Shown here: positions 50,341-60,703 of the stretch, in pieces
Position numbering within the stretch: the stretch's first letter is position 1
How the letters are laid out: every line of letters begins with the position of its first letter
Notes under the pieces: generated by a model
What the model saw: the letters and a program-made list of their open reading frames with translations, nothing else
Databases searched by the model: none
Told to the model about the DNA's origin: nothing
Program-made: the position numbers and the translations under genes
Assembly (NCBI GenBank): GCA_947593515.1
Contig: CANQDQ010000007.1
Span: 14,484-78,483, forward strand
Source: an uncultured Bacteroidales bacterium
GTDB taxonomy: Bacteria; Bacteroidota; Bacteroidia; Bacteroidales; UBA11471
Length of the DNA stretch: 64,000 bases
Reading direction: 5' to 3'

Positions 50341-50643
50341 TTATTTGGAGCGCATTTTTTCCTTGTTCTTCTGCAACTGCCGCAGCAGGGCTTCGAGGGC
50401 GGAATCGACAGCTTCTTCAAAGGTATCGGCGACTTTCGACGAGAAAATATCGTCGAAACCGGATACCGACAACTTTATCCCCGCCTCCTTGTTTTGGGAC
50501 GTTTCGGGTTTGAGTACTTTCAACGTTACTTCCGCAGCGCGTATGTCGTCGCTGTAACGATTGAGTTTTTCGACTTTCTTTTCTATGAATTTTTCGAGTT
50601 GTTCCGATGCGTCGAAATGAATGGATTGAATTCTAATTTCCAT
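50341..50643 (-). CDS. hpf: ribosome hibernation promoting factor (HPF/RaiA, short form)
   Basis: 100 aa containing MEIRIQSIHFDASEQLEKFIEKKVEKL. Confidence 0.85.
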   Translation of the reverse strand: MEIRIQSIHFDASEQLEKFIEKKVEKLNRYSDDIRAAEVTLKVLKPETSQNKEAGIKLSVSGFDDIFSSKVADTFEEAVDSALEALLRQLQKNKEKMRSK

Positions 50644-51541
50644 AAAAACCTCCTTTTTTTGAGGCTCGCGGGTGAGCCTGTTTGTAACTGTTTTTCAATT
50701 CTTCAAAAGTTATATGGGTGTACACCTGCGTCGAGGCAAGCGACTGATGCCCCAACAACTCTTTTACACTGTTCAATTCCGCTCCGTTGTTGAGCATCGC
50801 CGAAGCGAAAGTGTGGCGCAGCACGTGCGGACTCCTGTGGGTGAGCGTCGTTACCTCTCCCAGCCGACCGGTTACCAGCCGGTACACGAATCCGGGATAG
50901 AGCGGCTCGCCGTCGTTTTTCACGAAGAAAGCGGGACTGTCATTACCGACGCTCGCGCGGCGTGCCCTGCGGTACGTTTCTATCGCCTCGCGCAGCTCCG
51001 CGCCGAAAGGCACGATGCGCTGCTTGTTGCGCTTGCCGGTAACTTTGAGCTGGCAAGCCTGCGTATCGACATCGGCATCGCGCAGCCCGACAAGTTCGGC
51101 GCGCCGTATGCCAGTCATATATAATAAGGTAATGATTAACTTGTCGCGCAGGGCAGGAAAATCGTCGTCGGCGACTTTCTCGTCGAGGAGCATATCCATT
51201 TCGGCGGGACGCACGAATACGGGCAGCGGCTTGGGCGCTTTGGGCAGCGCCACGTCGCGCATCGGCGTTTCGCCGATAACGCCTTTTTTTATCAGAAAAT
51301 TGTAGAAAGTGCGCAGCGCCGACAACTTGCGGGCTACGGTGCGCGGCGTATCGCCCGCCTCCATAAGCGACGCCGCCCAGTTGCGCACGTGGTCGCGGTG
51401 GGCAGCCTCCGGCTTCGTGCCTTCGGCTTCGTGAGCCAGATAGTCGGCAAACTCGTCGAGGTCTTTACCATAAGACAAAACGGTATGAGCAGAATAATTC
51501 TTCTCATACCGAATATATCTTAAAAATGCTTCTGTCCACAT
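50633..51541 (-). CDS. tyrosine recombinase XerC/XerD family (chromosomal, housekeeping context)
   Basis: 302 aa. N-terminal SAM-like domain (YSAHTVLSYGKDL) and catalytic region HVLRHTFA...LGHQSLASTQVYTH. Conserved rpsU-xer-hpf neighbourhood. Confidence 0.8.
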   Translation of the reverse strand: MWTEAFLRYIRYEKNYSAHTVLSYGKDLDEFADYLAHEAEGTKPEAAHRDHVRNWAASLMEAGDTPRTVARKLSALRTFYNFLIKKGVIGETPMRDVALPKAPKPLPVFVRPAEMDMLLDEKVADDDFPALRDKLIITLLYMTGIRRAELVGLRDADVDTQACQLKVTGKRNKQRIVPFGAELREAIETYRRARRASVGNDSPAFFVKNDGEPLYPGFVYRLVTGRLGEVTTLTHRSPHVLRHTFASAMLNNGAELNSVKELLGHQSLASTQVYTHITFEELKNSYKQAHPRASKKGGFYGN

Positions 51542-51630
51542 ATCCGCCGCTTTTTGAATGCTACGAATATAGTGAAAGAGATTTTATTTTCCAAAAAATT
51601 CAGCAATTATTTTTGCCGACGGCAAAATAA

Positions 51631-51822
51631 TTATTCTTCTGCCTGCTGCAACTTCTGTATATAGATAGCCCGCATGATTTTTTTCCGGTTGGTTACGGAG
51701 GGTTTCTCAAATGCCTGACGGTTTCTCAACTCTTTAATCACGCCGGTTTTCTCAAATTTTCTTTTGAATTTTTTGAGAGCTTTTTCAATGTTCTCACCTT
51801 CTTTTACAGGTACTACGATCAT
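51631..51822 (-). CDS. rpsU: 30S ribosomal protein S21
   Basis: 63 aa containing GENIEKALKKFKRKFEKTGV. Confidence 0.9.
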   Translation of the reverse strand: MIVVPVKEGENIEKALKKFKRKFEKTGVIKELRNRQAFEKPSVTNRKKIMRAIYIQKLQQAEE

Positions 51823-52109
51823 ATTGTTTTTATCTTTTTAATTGTTTCTTTTGCGAATTGCGGGGCAAAATTAAAATATTGTTTCTTGATAAACAAACCT
51901 TTTCGCAAGAAAATTTTTCCAACAAGCCTCTTTTATTCCGGAAATTCCGCTTCGGAAGCGGCAGGAAAACCGCTTCTCAACCCCTCCGAGAGAGGCGGGA
52001 AAGCGGTTGCAGCATCGGCTGTCATACGATTCTTTTAAGGCGTGAGGCGATTTGCGTTCAGCGTCTGCAATACTTTTTGCGGCTTGTCCGTTGTTTCGGG
52101 AAAATTCTT

Positions 52110-52117
52110 TATATTTG
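52110..52117 (+). promoter_or_regulatory. -7 promoter box TATATTTG for the aminopeptidase gene
   Basis: Exact TAnnTTTG, 26 nt before ATG 52143. Confidence 0.5.
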
Positions 52118-52142
52118 TAGCCAAACCCTATAACTTCATTTT

Positions 52143-53927
52143 ATGCCTACTATCGAATATGCTTCCCGAATAGCGGCGCTGCGGCGCCGTATGGCAGCCG
52201 AAGGCGTCGATGCGTTCATCATTCCGAGCGCCGACCCGCATCTGAGCGAATATCCCGCCGACCGCTGGAAATCGCGGGAATGGATATCGGGCTTCACCGG
52301 CTCTGCCGGCACGGTCGTCCTCACCGCCGCCGAAGGCGGGTTGTGGACAGACTCCCGATACTTCCTGCAAGCGACCGACGAGTTGCAGCGCAGCGGATTG
52401 TCATTGTATAAAGAGGGATTGCCCGAAACGCCCTCCATTCCGAATCATCTTGCCGATACCCTTCCGGCAGGAGCGACCGTCGCTATCGACGGCGCCCTGT
52501 TTTCTTTCGCCGAAGGGGAATCGCTGAAACAGTTTTTCGAGGCAAAGGGCTTTCGGTTCAAAACCGACTTCGCCCCGTTCGACGCCATTTGGAGCGACCG
52601 CCCCGATGTGCCCGCCGACCCGGCTTTCGTCTATCCCGTCGAATATAGCGGCAAGAGTTTTGCCGACAAATGGCAGGCTGTCGCCGGCGCCATTGCCCGC
52701 GAGGGCGCCGACGCCATACTCGTATGCGCGCTCGACGAACTGGCGTGGCTGCTCAACATTCGCGGCAACGACGTACTATATAACCCCGTAGCCGTAGGCT
52801 ATGCCTACCTGTCGCCGAAGCGCCGCGTCCTTTTCATGAATGCCTGCAAGGTGTCGGAGGAAATGGCTGCCTACTTGCAAGAAAATCATATCGAACTTGC
52901 CGGCTACGACAGCATCGGCGAGTTCCTGAGCCGGAAACCGGCGGGCGAAAAAGTGTTCATCGACCCGCGCAAAGTCAATCACCGTCTTGCAAGCCTGCTG
53001 CCCGCATCGGAATGCATCTGCGGCAACTCGCCGATTACGTGGCTGAAAAGCCTTAAAAACGAAGTCGAAATGGCAGGCCGTCGGGCAGCCATGACGCGCG
53101 ACGGCGTGGCAATGGTGCATTTTCTGCACTGGCTCGACACGCATATCGGAAAAGAAAAAATCACCGAATTGGATATTGCCGAGAAGCTGCGCTATTTCCG
53201 CAGCCGGCAGGCACTCTACAAGGGCGAAAGTTTCGACACGATAGCCGGCTATCAGGCACACGGCGCCATTGTGCATTACAGCGCCACGCCGGAGAGCAGC
53301 AGCACGCTGCAACCCGAAGGATTCGTACTGGTCGATTCGGGAGCGCAATATCTCGACGGCACGACCGACATCACCCGCACCATCGTGCTGGGGGCGCTCA
53401 CCGACGAACAGAAACGCGACTTCACGCTCGTACTCAAAGGACATATCGGCATCGCCACCTGCCGCTTCCCGCAAGGCACGCGCGGCGACCAGATAGATAT
53501 TCTGGCGCGCCGCTTCCTGTGGAACGAGCGGCGCAACTACCTGCACGGCACGGGGCATGGCGTAGGGCATTTCCTCAACGTACATGAAGGTCCGCAGAAT
53601 ATCCGCCTCGAACAGAACAACACGCCGCTCACGCCGGGCATGGTTACCTCGAACGAACCGGGCGTATATATCGCCGGCAAATACGGCATTCGCACCGAAA
53701 ACCTGACGCTGGTCATTGAAGACGGCGAGAGCGAATTCGGACGTTTTTACGCTTTCGAAACGCTCACCCTCTGCCCCATCGACACGCGGGCTATCGACCG
53801 CGAGCTGCTCACCGCCGAAGAAACGGCATGGCTCAACGCCTACCACCGCACGGTATATGAACGCCTCAGTCCGCACCTCGACGGCGAAGTGAAAGCATGG
53901 CTGCAAAAAGCCACCGCCGCCATATAA
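52143..53927 (+). CDS. pepP: Xaa-Pro aminopeptidase (M24B, aminopeptidase P family)
   Basis: 594 aa. N-terminal creatinase-like domains and an M24 core with HGTGHGVGHFLNVHEGP and SNEPGVY. Confidence 0.85.
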   Translation: MPTIEYASRIAALRRRMAAEGVDAFIIPSADPHLSEYPADRWKSREWISGFTGSAGTVVLTAAEGGLWTDSRYFLQATDELQRSGLSLYKEGLPETPSIPNHLADTLPAGATVAIDGALFSFAEGESLKQFFEAKGFRFKTDFAPFDAIWSDRPDVPADPAFVYPVEYSGKSFADKWQAVAGAIAREGADAILVCALDELAWLLNIRGNDVLYNPVAVGYAYLSPKRRVLFMNACKVSEEMAAYLQENHIELAGYDSIGEFLSRKPAGEKVFIDPRKVNHRLASLLPASECICGNSPITWLKSLKNEVEMAGRRAAMTRDGVAMVHFLHWLDTHIGKEKITELDIAEKLRYFRSRQALYKGESFDTIAGYQAHGAIVHYSATPESSSTLQPEGFVLVDSGAQYLDGTTDITRTIVLGALTDEQKRDFTLVLKGHIGIATCRFPQGTRGDQIDILARRFLWNERRNYLHGTGHGVGHFLNVHEGPQNIRLEQNNTPLTPGMVTSNEPGVYIAGKYGIRTENLTLVIEDGESEFGRFYAFETLTLCPIDTRAIDRELLTAEETAWLNAYHRTVYERLSPHLDGEVKAWLQKATAAI

Positions 53928-53945
53928 TAATAAGGAGAAAAAATC

Positions 53946-54476
53946 ATGGCATTGATACGCAACGTTCGGGGCTTCACCCCAAAAATAGGCAAAGGCTGCT
54001 TCCTTGCCGAAAACGCCACCATTATCGGCGACGTAACGATAGGCGACGAGTGCAGCATCTGGTACAACACGGTGCTACGCGGCGACGTCAATACGATAAC
54101 CATCGGCAACCGCGTCAATATACAGGACGGCGCCGTACTGCACACGCTTTACGAAAAATCTATCATCGAAATCGGCGACGACGTGTCGATAGGACACAAC
54201 GTAACGATACACGGCGCCAAGATATGCGACGGCGCACTCGTGGGCATGGGGGCTGTCGTACTCGACCATGCCGTCGTAGGCGAAGGCGCTATCGTGGCTG
54301 CCGGCTCGGTGGTTTTAGGAAAGACCGTCATCAAGGCGGGCGAACTGTGGGGCGGCACGCCGGCGAAATTCATCAAAATGGTCGATCCCGAACAGTCTAA
54401 GGAAATCAACCAGAAAATCGCCCGCAACTACCTGATGTACTCCCGTTGGTACACCGACGAAGATACCGAAAAGTAG
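53946..54476 (+). CDS. gamma-carbonic-anhydrase-like hexapeptide-repeat protein
   Basis: 176 aa with left-handed beta-helix repeats (IGDVTIGDECSIWYNTVLRGDVN...IGHNVTIHGA). Confidence 0.75.
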   Translation: MALIRNVRGFTPKIGKGCFLAENATIIGDVTIGDECSIWYNTVLRGDVNTITIGNRVNIQDGAVLHTLYEKSIIEIGDDVSIGHNVTIHGAKICDGALVGMGAVVLDHAVVGEGAIVAAGSVVLGKTVIKAGELWGGTPAKFIKMVDPEQSKEINQKIARNYLMYSRWYTDEDTEK

Positions 54477-54548
54477 TACAGGCTTCGACGGACGGCGCTT
54501 TGCAAATACAAGCGGCGTCCGAAAATTTTTCGTGAAGGGGTGTTGTCG

Positions 54549-55238
54549 TTACAACGCCCCTTCGTCGCAATACGAGTAATAGGCTTTGTCGGTAACGATG
54601 ATGTGGTCGAGCACCCGAATGTCGAGCAGGGCGGCAGCCGACTTTATCTTCTGCGTAAGCGCGTCGTCGGCTTTGCTGGGCGTGCAGTTGCCCGACGGGT
54701 GGTTATGAAAAAGCATCAGCGACGTGGCTTGCTGCAACACGGCAGGTTTCAGCAGCAGCTTTACATCGACCAGTGTCGAGGCAGTTCCGCCCTGACTGAT
54801 CCGCAGCGTGTCGATGATGCGGTTGGAGGGATTGAGCAGCACCACCCAAAACTCCTCCTGCGGCAGGTCGGCAAGTTGCGGATATATCCACTCGTAAGCC
54901 TCGCGGCTGCCGGTGATGCGCCGACGTTCGGCAACCTCCTCGCTCTTGCGGCGGCGACCGAGTTCGAGCGCGGCGATGATGCTCACGGCTTTTGCCTCGC
55001 CGATGCCGTCGAAACCTTTTATCAATTCATCGACCGACAGTTTGCTCAGGGTGTTCAGGCTGCCGCCCACGCTGTTGAGAATGCGCTGCGCCAACTCCAC
55101 CGCCGTCTCGTCTTTATTGCCCGAGCCGATGAGTATCGCTATCAACTCCGCCGACGACAGCGCCCGCGTGCCTTTCGACATCAGTTTCTCACGGGGGCGG
55201 TCTTCGAGCGCCCATTCGGTAATATTCAGTTTTCCCAT
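54549..55238 (-). CDS. radC: RadC-family JAMM-like protein
   Basis: 229 aa. N-terminal HhH-like SSAELIAILIGSG and C-terminal HNHPSG motif. Confidence 0.85.
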   Translation of the reverse strand: MGKLNITEWALEDRPREKLMSKGTRALSSAELIAILIGSGNKDETAVELAQRILNSVGGSLNTLSKLSVDELIKGFDGIGEAKAVSIIAALELGRRRKSEEVAERRRITGSREAYEWIYPQLADLPQEEFWVVLLNPSNRIIDTLRISQGGTASTLVDVKLLLKPAVLQQATSLMLFHNHPSGNCTPSKADDALTQKIKSAAALLDIRVLDHIIVTDKAYYSYCDEGAL

Positions 55239-55243
55239 ACCGG

Positions 55244-56251
55244 CTACTTATAAAAGTTTTTTCGAAATGCCTGCATCTCTCCGCTGCGACCTAAAATGCA
55301 GCGGCGCCACCATGCCCGCAAAAATCCCGTGCCGTACCCCATGAGTTGGACAAACGATGCCGCCACAGCATAAATGCCAACGCACAGGCTCTTATTCCGC
55401 AACGAAGCATCGACGAACAATGCCAAAGCATACGCCGGCAACAACGTCAAAGCATACGGGCAAACCGTCGAGACAAGCAGCAGCAATACCACCCCCACCG
55501 TAAAAAGCGCGGGCAGAAGATGCACCAACTTCAAGGAATCGGGATATTTCTTATAAAGATTGATGCGGGCAATGCCGGAATTGTGCACCTGCTTGAAAAA
55601 TTTTTTCAAATCGGTACGCCGTTTGTGGTAAACCCATGCGTCGGGAAACAAACGGCAGTCATATCCCCCCTTGATTATTCGGATACTGAAATCTATATCT
55701 TCTCCGAAACGCATATCGGAAAAGCCGCCCAATTTCCGGTAGACCTCGCTCTTAATGCCCATATTGAAGCTGCGCGGATAAAATTTATCCATTTTCTTTT
55801 TACCGCCCCGAATGCCGCCCGTCGTAAAAAACGATGTCATGGCATAGTTGATGGCTTTCTGCATATCGGTAAAAGAGTCATGCGCCCTGTCGGGTCCGCC
55901 GAACGCATCGACCGCGCCATCTTGAAGTCCGGCTTCGACTGCCGACAAATATCCCGCAGGCAAAATGCAGTCGGAATCCAAAATGATAAAATACGTGCCT
56001 CGCGCCCGTTCCGCACCGTAATTGCGAGACTGCCCGGGTCCGGAATTGTCTTTGTAAAAATAGCGTATCGCCAACCGGTCGGCATACGCCTGCGCCACCG
56101 TGTCGCAACGGAGGGTGGAGCCGTCCTCGACAAGCAGCGTTTCAAAATCCGTGTACGTCTGTTGCGTCAGGCTTTCGAGCAGTTCCTGCACCTCGTCGGG
56201 GCGGTTATATACCGGAATGATTATCGAGAAAAAGGGTGTTTCTTCAGCCAT
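55244..56251 (-). CDS. family 2 glycosyltransferase with C-terminal membrane helices
   Basis: 335 aa with FSIIIPVYNRPDEV and ILDSDC (DxD). Confidence 0.8.
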   Translation of the reverse strand: MAEETPFFSIIIPVYNRPDEVQELLESLTQQTYTDFETLLVEDGSTLRCDTVAQAYADRLAIRYFYKDNSGPGQSRNYGAERARGTYFIILDSDCILPAGYLSAVEAGLQDGAVDAFGGPDRAHDSFTDMQKAINYAMTSFFTTGGIRGGKKKMDKFYPRSFNMGIKSEVYRKLGGFSDMRFGEDIDFSIRIIKGGYDCRLFPDAWVYHKRRTDLKKFFKQVHNSGIARINLYKKYPDSLKLVHLLPALFTVGVVLLLLVSTVCPYALTLLPAYALALFVDASLRNKSLCVGIYAVAASFVQLMGYGTGFLRAWWRRCILGRSGEMQAFRKNFYK

Positions 56252-56271
56252 TTCTTTGTCGTTCTATGCCA

Positions 56272-56279
56272 CAAAGATA
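56272..56279 (-). promoter_or_regulatory. -7 promoter box TATCTTTG for the GT2-radC pair
   Basis: The reverse complement of caaagata matches TAnnTTTG, 21 nt upstream of ATG 56251. Confidence 0.5.
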
Positions 56280-56369
56280 TAAAAAGTTAAAAACAAATTT
56301 CGACTTCGCCGGTGTTATCTCTTCCCGACACAAAAATATATGTATCTTTACACACCCATTTATGCATGC

Positions 56370-57416
56370 ATGAAGTTATCATACGAAAATACCGCCGAAA
56401 AAAAACGCTTCGACTACATCGATGCCGCCAAAGGTTTCTGCATATGGGTCGTCATATACTCACATATACACTTCGACATGACCGACTACCGCATCGGCAT
56501 ATTTCTCGACTCGTTTTTCGTACAGCTCTATTTCTTCCTCTCCGGAATGTTTTTCAAGCCATACAGCGGATTGGCGGAATTTACGGTAAAAAAAATCGAC
56601 CGGCTTGTCATACCGCTGCTTTTCTTTTTCCTTTTCGCCTATCTCTACGACGCGCTGTCTTACGGCATATATTCCCTTTGCGGGTGGGACACGTCGGCAT
56701 ACGCAGGAAAATCGTGGCGGATTTGGGAAATCGTGCGGTGGGGCACGTCATGGCACAATTCACCGTTATGGTTTCTTACCTCACTTTTTGAAGTCAATCT
56801 GCTCTACTACGTTTTACAGAAATTCTTGGGCAAAGGGTGGCTTGATGTGGCGGTGTGGATATTGGCGGGTGTCGGTTACCGGCTCTCGACGAAAGGTATC
56901 GTACCGCCTTATTATATCGGGACATCTCTGGTGTCTTTGCCGTTTTTTCGCATAGGGCATCTGTTCAGACAGAGCAACATGCTCGACTACTCACCGCGCG
57001 ACAAATACGTATGGGGGTGCCTGCCGCTGCTGGCTGTCGCCATATGGTTTCTCGCCCGACCACTGCGTCTGCACGAACTGATACTGCCGGCATCATTTCT
57101 TTCGTTTTATTTTTGCAGCATCGGCGGCACGACGATTGTCGTATTCCTGTGCAAAGCTGCCAAGCGGCTGCCGATACTCTCTTTCTTCGGACGCTACTCT
57201 CTCATCGTGTATGGCACGCACTGGTGTATTTGTCATACGTGGAGTTCCATCGTATATACAATATTGCCTGAAAGTCTTGCCGCCTATTTTATTGCATTTG
57301 CATTGACAGCAGCGACGGAGGTGCCGATAATCCTGCTTTTGCGTCGATACGCCCCCTGCTTCATCGGAGAAAAAGAGCTTATCTCCTCTGCCCGTTTCAA
57401 AAAGCCTACGGCATAA
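56370..57416 (+). CDS. acyltransferase-3 family membrane protein (OafA-like)
   Basis: 348 aa from MKLSYENTAEKKRFDYIDAAKGFCIWVVIYSH. Polytopic. Confidence 0.75.
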   Translation: MKLSYENTAEKKRFDYIDAAKGFCIWVVIYSHIHFDMTDYRIGIFLDSFFVQLYFFLSGMFFKPYSGLAEFTVKKIDRLVIPLLFFFLFAYLYDALSYGIYSLCGWDTSAYAGKSWRIWEIVRWGTSWHNSPLWFLTSLFEVNLLYYVLQKFLGKGWLDVAVWILAGVGYRLSTKGIVPPYYIGTSLVSLPFFRIGHLFRQSNMLDYSPRDKYVWGCLPLLAVAIWFLARPLRLHELILPASFLSFYFCSIGGTTIVVFLCKAAKRLPILSFFGRYSLIVYGTHWCICHTWSSIVYTILPESLAAYFIAFALTAATEVPIILLLRRYAPCFIGEKELISSARFKKPTA

Positions 57417-57432
57417 GAGCCGCCCGATTTAT

Positions 57433-58098
57433 TTATTTCTGTCCGCGATGCGCCAAATATCGTTCCAGCCCGCGCCGGCGCAAGCGGCAGGCAGGGCACT
57501 CGCCGCAGCCGTCGGCTATCACGCCGTTGTAGCAGGTGAGCGTCTCGGTGCGCACGAGGTCGAACACGCCCAACTCGTCTGCCAGCGCCCACACGCCCTC
57601 CTTGTCGAGCCACATCAGCGGGGTGTGTATCACGAACTGGGCGTCCATCGCCAGATTGAGCGACACGTTCAGCGAACGGATAAAGGTATCGCGGCAATCG
57701 GGATAGCCGCTGAAATCGGCTTGCGACACGCCGGCGACCAAATGCCGGATACCCGACTCATACGCCTTTATCGCCGCCAACGTAAGAAACAGCATATTGC
57801 GACCCGGCACGAAAGTGTTGGGTAGTGCGTCGGCAGGCTTTTCCTTGTCCATGACGACCGAGCTGTCGGTGAGGGCGTTATGGGTCAGCTTACCGAGCAG
57901 CGACACATCGAGCAGCGAAAACGGCACGCCGGCTTTCTCCGCCATACGGCGCGCCACTTCGGTTTCGAGGCTGTGTTTCTGTCCGTAGGCAAAGCACACG
58001 GCTTCCACTTTTTCAAAACGGGACAACGCCCAGTAAAGGCAGGTCGTGGAGTCTTGTCCGCCCGACAGACATACGAGTGCGCTCTCTTTCTGTTTCAT
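57433..58098 (-). CDS. queC: 7-cyano-7-deazaguanine synthase
   Basis: 221 aa. PP-loop CLSGGQDST and C-terminal Zn cysteines [16 protein letters not shown]. Confidence 0.9.
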   Translation of the reverse strand: MKQKESALVCLSGGQDSTTCLYWALSRFEKVEAVCFAYGQKHSLETEVARRMAEKAGVPFSLLDVSLLGKLTHNALTDSSVVMDKEKPADALPNTFVPGRNMLFLTLAAIKAYESGIRHLVAGVSQADFSGYPDCRDTFIRSLNVSLNLAMDAQFVIHTPLMWLDKEGVWALADELGVFDLVRTETLTCYNGVIADGCGECPACRLRRRGLERYLAHRGQK

Positions 58099-58167
58099 AT
58101 TATATATAAGGTAAAAGATTGGCGCAACCGTATGGGTGCGCCAACCTGTAAGTACATAAAGAAATTT

Positions 58168-58731
58168 TTATTTCGCTCTTTCTATGTATTCGCCCGTGCG
58201 GGTATCGACGCGGATTTTCTCGCCCGTGTTGATGAAAAGGGGCACACGCACGGTAGCACCCGTCTCCACCGTAGCGGGTTTCAGCGTATTGGTGGCGGTA
58301 TCGCCTTTCAGACCCGGTTCGGTGTAGGTAACTTCCAGCTCGACTTTCACCGGCAGTTCGGCGTAGAGAATCGTTTCGGTCGAAGCATCGGACACCACCT
58401 CCACGACCATTTCCTCTTTGAGAAAATCGACGCCCGTAATCAAATCGTGGGCAATGGGGTGCTGTTCGAAAGTTTCCTGATTCATGAAGATGTAGTCATT
58501 CCCTTCTTTGTAAAGGAATTGATAGGGACGACGCTCCACGCGCACGTCTTCCAGCTTTTCACCGATGTTGAAGCGGCGTTCCAGCACATAGCCGTTCACC
58601 ACGTCTTTGAGTTTGGTACGCATGAAAGTGTTGCCCTTGCCGGGTTTTACGTGCAGGAACTCTATGCAGAAATAGAGCTTTCCGTCCATACGGATACACG
58701 TTCCGTTTTTGATGTCTTGTGCATTAATCAT
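58168..58731 (-). CDS. efp: elongation factor P
   Basis: 187 aa containing [16 protein letters not shown]. Confidence 0.9.
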   Translation of the reverse strand: MINAQDIKNGTCIRMDGKLYFCIEFLHVKPGKGNTFMRTKLKDVVNGYVLERRFNIGEKLEDVRVERRPYQFLYKEGNDYIFMNQETFEQHPIAHDLITGVDFLKEEMVVEVVSDASTETILYAELPVKVELEVTYTEPGLKGDTATNTLKPATVETGATVRVPLFINTGEKIRVDTRTGEYIERAK

Positions 58732-58769
58732 AAAATATAGTGCTTGTTTAAATTGTTATTTTCCTGCTG

Positions 58770-58777
58770 CAAAAATA
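58770..58777 (-). promoter_or_regulatory. -7 promoter box TATTTTTG for efp
   Basis: The reverse complement of caaaaata matches TAnnTTTG, 39 nt upstream of ATG 58731. Confidence 0.45.
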
Positions 58778-58850
58778 ATTGAAATCGGGCAATCCGCAAA
58801 AAGATTCGCGCAAAAATGATTTATCATTTGTTTTATTCAAAAAGAATCTC

Positions 58851-58858
58851 TATCTTTG
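58851..58858 (+). promoter_or_regulatory. -7 promoter box TATCTTTG for rpmH
   Basis: Exact TAnnTTTG, 44 nt before ATG 58902. Confidence 0.5.
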
Positions 58859-58901
58859 CGCTCCGAATTTCCGATTAAAATAACGAATAAAACATAAGGC
58901 A

Positions 58902-59060
58902 ATGAAGAGAACATTTCAACCCTCGAACAGAAAGAGAAAAAACAAACACGGCTTCCGTGCAAGAATGGCAACCGCCAACGGTCGTCGCGTATTGGCTGCC
59001 CGTCGCGCCAAAGGCAGAAAGAAACTGACCGTTTCCGACGAGTACAACTACAACAATTGA
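58902..59060 (+). CDS. rpmH: 50S ribosomal protein L34
   Basis: Not in the ORF track (52 aa). Own translation gives [52 protein letters not shown]. Confidence 0.9.
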   Translation: MKRTFQPSNRKRKNKHGFRARMATANGRRVLAARRAKGRKKLTVSDEYNYNN

Positions 59061-59082
59061 TTTTTCTCGCAAACAAGAAGAG

Positions 59083-59113
59083 GGTAGGCGGAATGCCTAC
59101 CTTTTTTGTTTTT
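59083..59113 (+). terminator. rho-independent terminator after rpmH
   Basis: GGTAGGC-GGAAT-GCCTACC followed by TTTTTTGTTTTTG. Confidence 0.8.
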
Positions 59114-59175
59114 GTACGCTTCGTTTGCCCGAACCGATAAATTATCGTATTTTTACCCGAACAATCTTTCTCCCG

Positions 59176-60411
59176 ATGGCTGCCGCAGAACTTTCACTTT
59201 TGGAACTCAACACGCTGGTGCGCAACCGCGTGCAAGCCGCCATGCCCGACCGCTATTGGGTGCGCGCCGAAGTGAGCGAAGCCAGAGAAAACCGCTCGGG
59301 GCATTGCTACCTCGAATTGGTGGAGAAAGACGAGGCTTCCGGCGAAATGCAGGCGAAAGCCCGTGCCGTCATCTGGGCGACGGTGTATCGTATGCTGCGC
59401 GCCCACTTCGCTGCCGAAACCGGTATGGCTATCGCTCCGGGCATCAAACTGTTGATAGAGGTAAGCGTCGATATGCACGAACTCTACGGCTATACGCTGA
59501 CCGTGCACGACATCGACCCCTCCTATACGTTGGGCGACATGGCGCGGCAGCGCGCCGAAATCATACGCCGACTCACGCAGGAGGGCATCATCGACATGAA
59601 TCGGGAATTGTCGTGGTCGCTGCTGCCGCAGCGCATCGCCGTCATTTCGTCGCCCACCGCCGCCGGCTATGGCGACTTCATCGACCAGCTGCACCGCAAT
59701 CCTTACAGATACCGTTTCTATACCGCGCTCTATACCGCCGCCATGCAGGGTGCGCGTGCCGAAAGCTCCGTCATCGGAGCCTTGGAGCGCATCTACACGC
59801 ACGAAAGCGACTTCGACGGCGTGGTAATCATACGCGGCGGCGGGGCGACTTCGGAATTGAGTTGTTTCGACAGCTATCCGCTGGCGCAAAACGTGGCGCA
59901 GTTTCCGCTGCCCGTCATCGTGGGCATCGGGCACGACAGAGATGAAACCGTGCTCGACCGCGTTGCCAACGTGCGGGTGAAAACGCCGACCGCCGCTGCC
60001 GAATGGCTCATCGCCCGTGTGGCGGAAGCCGACCGCCTGCGGCTCGACCTGCAAGCGTCGCTCGCCGGTGAAATCGACAACCGCCTGCGGCAGGAGCGGC
60101 AGCGGCTCGCTGCCGCAGGACAGCGTCTTCCCCTCCTCATCGAGCGGCGCATCACCCTCGAACGGAGCCGCCTCGACCACCTCGCCCCGACCCTGCGGCA
60201 AGCCGTAACCCGCAGCATGGAGCGGCAGCAGCAGCGGCTCGCCCTGCTGAGCCGGAGCGTCGAACTCTCCTCGCCCGAGCGGATTCTGAAACGCGGATTC
60301 TCGCTTACCTTGAAAGCGGGGAAAGCCGTGCGTTCCGCCGACGAACTGCGCAGCGGCGACCGCATTACGACTTTTTATGGTGAGGGGTGCAGCGAATCGC
60401 AAATTTTATAA
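59176..60411 (+). CDS. xseA: exodeoxyribonuclease VII large subunit
   Basis: 411 aa from MAAAELSLLELNTLVRNRV (OB-fold N-terminus), ...YWVRAEVSE... The coiled-coil C-terminal half is followed by xseB. Confidence 0.85.
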   Translation: MAAAELSLLELNTLVRNRVQAAMPDRYWVRAEVSEARENRSGHCYLELVEKDEASGEMQAKARAVIWATVYRMLRAHFAAETGMAIAPGIKLLIEVSVDMHELYGYTLTVHDIDPSYTLGDMARQRAEIIRRLTQEGIIDMNRELSWSLLPQRIAVISSPTAAGYGDFIDQLHRNPYRYRFYTALYTAAMQGARAESSVIGALERIYTHESDFDGVVIIRGGGATSELSCFDSYPLAQNVAQFPLPVIVGIGHDRDETVLDRVANVRVKTPTAAAEWLIARVAEADRLRLDLQASLAGEIDNRLRQERQRLAAAGQRLPLLIERRITLERSRLDHLAPTLRQAVTRSMERQQQRLALLSRSVELSSPERILKRGFSLTLKAGKAVRSADELRSGDRITTFYGEGCSESQIL

Positions 60412-60423
60412 TCTATATATAAT

Positions 60424-60636
60424 ATGGAAAATCTTAACCCGACTTACGCCGAAGCGATAGCGGAACTCGAAAGCATCGTCGCCCGCATACAGGACGAATC
60501 GTGCGAAATCGACACGCTGAAATCGCTGACTTCGAGAGCGATGGAGTTGCTGAAATTCTGCAAGGGAAAATTGTTTGAAACCGACGAATCCCTGAAAAAG
60601 CTGCTCGAAGAGCTGGACGAAGCGAAGCAGGCTTAG
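60424..60636 (+). CDS. xseB: exodeoxyribonuclease VII small subunit
   Basis: 70-aa helical protein directly after xseA. Confidence 0.8.
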   Translation: MENLNPTYAEAIAELESIVARIQDESCEIDTLKSLTSRAMELLKFCKGKLFETDESLKKLLEELDEAKQA

Positions 60637-60657
60637 GCAGTCGGTCGAAAAATTACT

Positions 60658-60665
60658 ATCTTTGC
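60658..60665 (+). promoter_or_regulatory. -7 promoter box TATCTTTG for gltX
   Basis: Exact TAnnTTTG, 39 nt before ATG 60704. Confidence 0.5.
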
Positions 60666-60703
60666 GCCGTTTTTTTTACGACGGTTCTAAAAAAAAGAAA
60701 AAA

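Noticed and set aside
50633-51541. The tyrosine recombinase as the integrase of a mobile element, or as the enzyme responsible for the repeat-bracketed cassettes.
   Set aside because: It sits in the conserved rpsU-xer-hpf-tRNA-tuf housekeeping neighbourhood with backbone composition, 29-33 kb from the cassettes, and no att-like repeats flank it. A role in trans cannot be excluded, but nothing here supports one.
54535-54566. A 12-bp stem hairpin (GAAGGGGTGTTG/CAACGCCCCTTC) between the convergent gamma-CA-like and radC genes, considered as a terminator.
   Set aside because: One arm lies inside the radC coding end, and no T-run follows on either strand. It is not sufficient to call a terminator.
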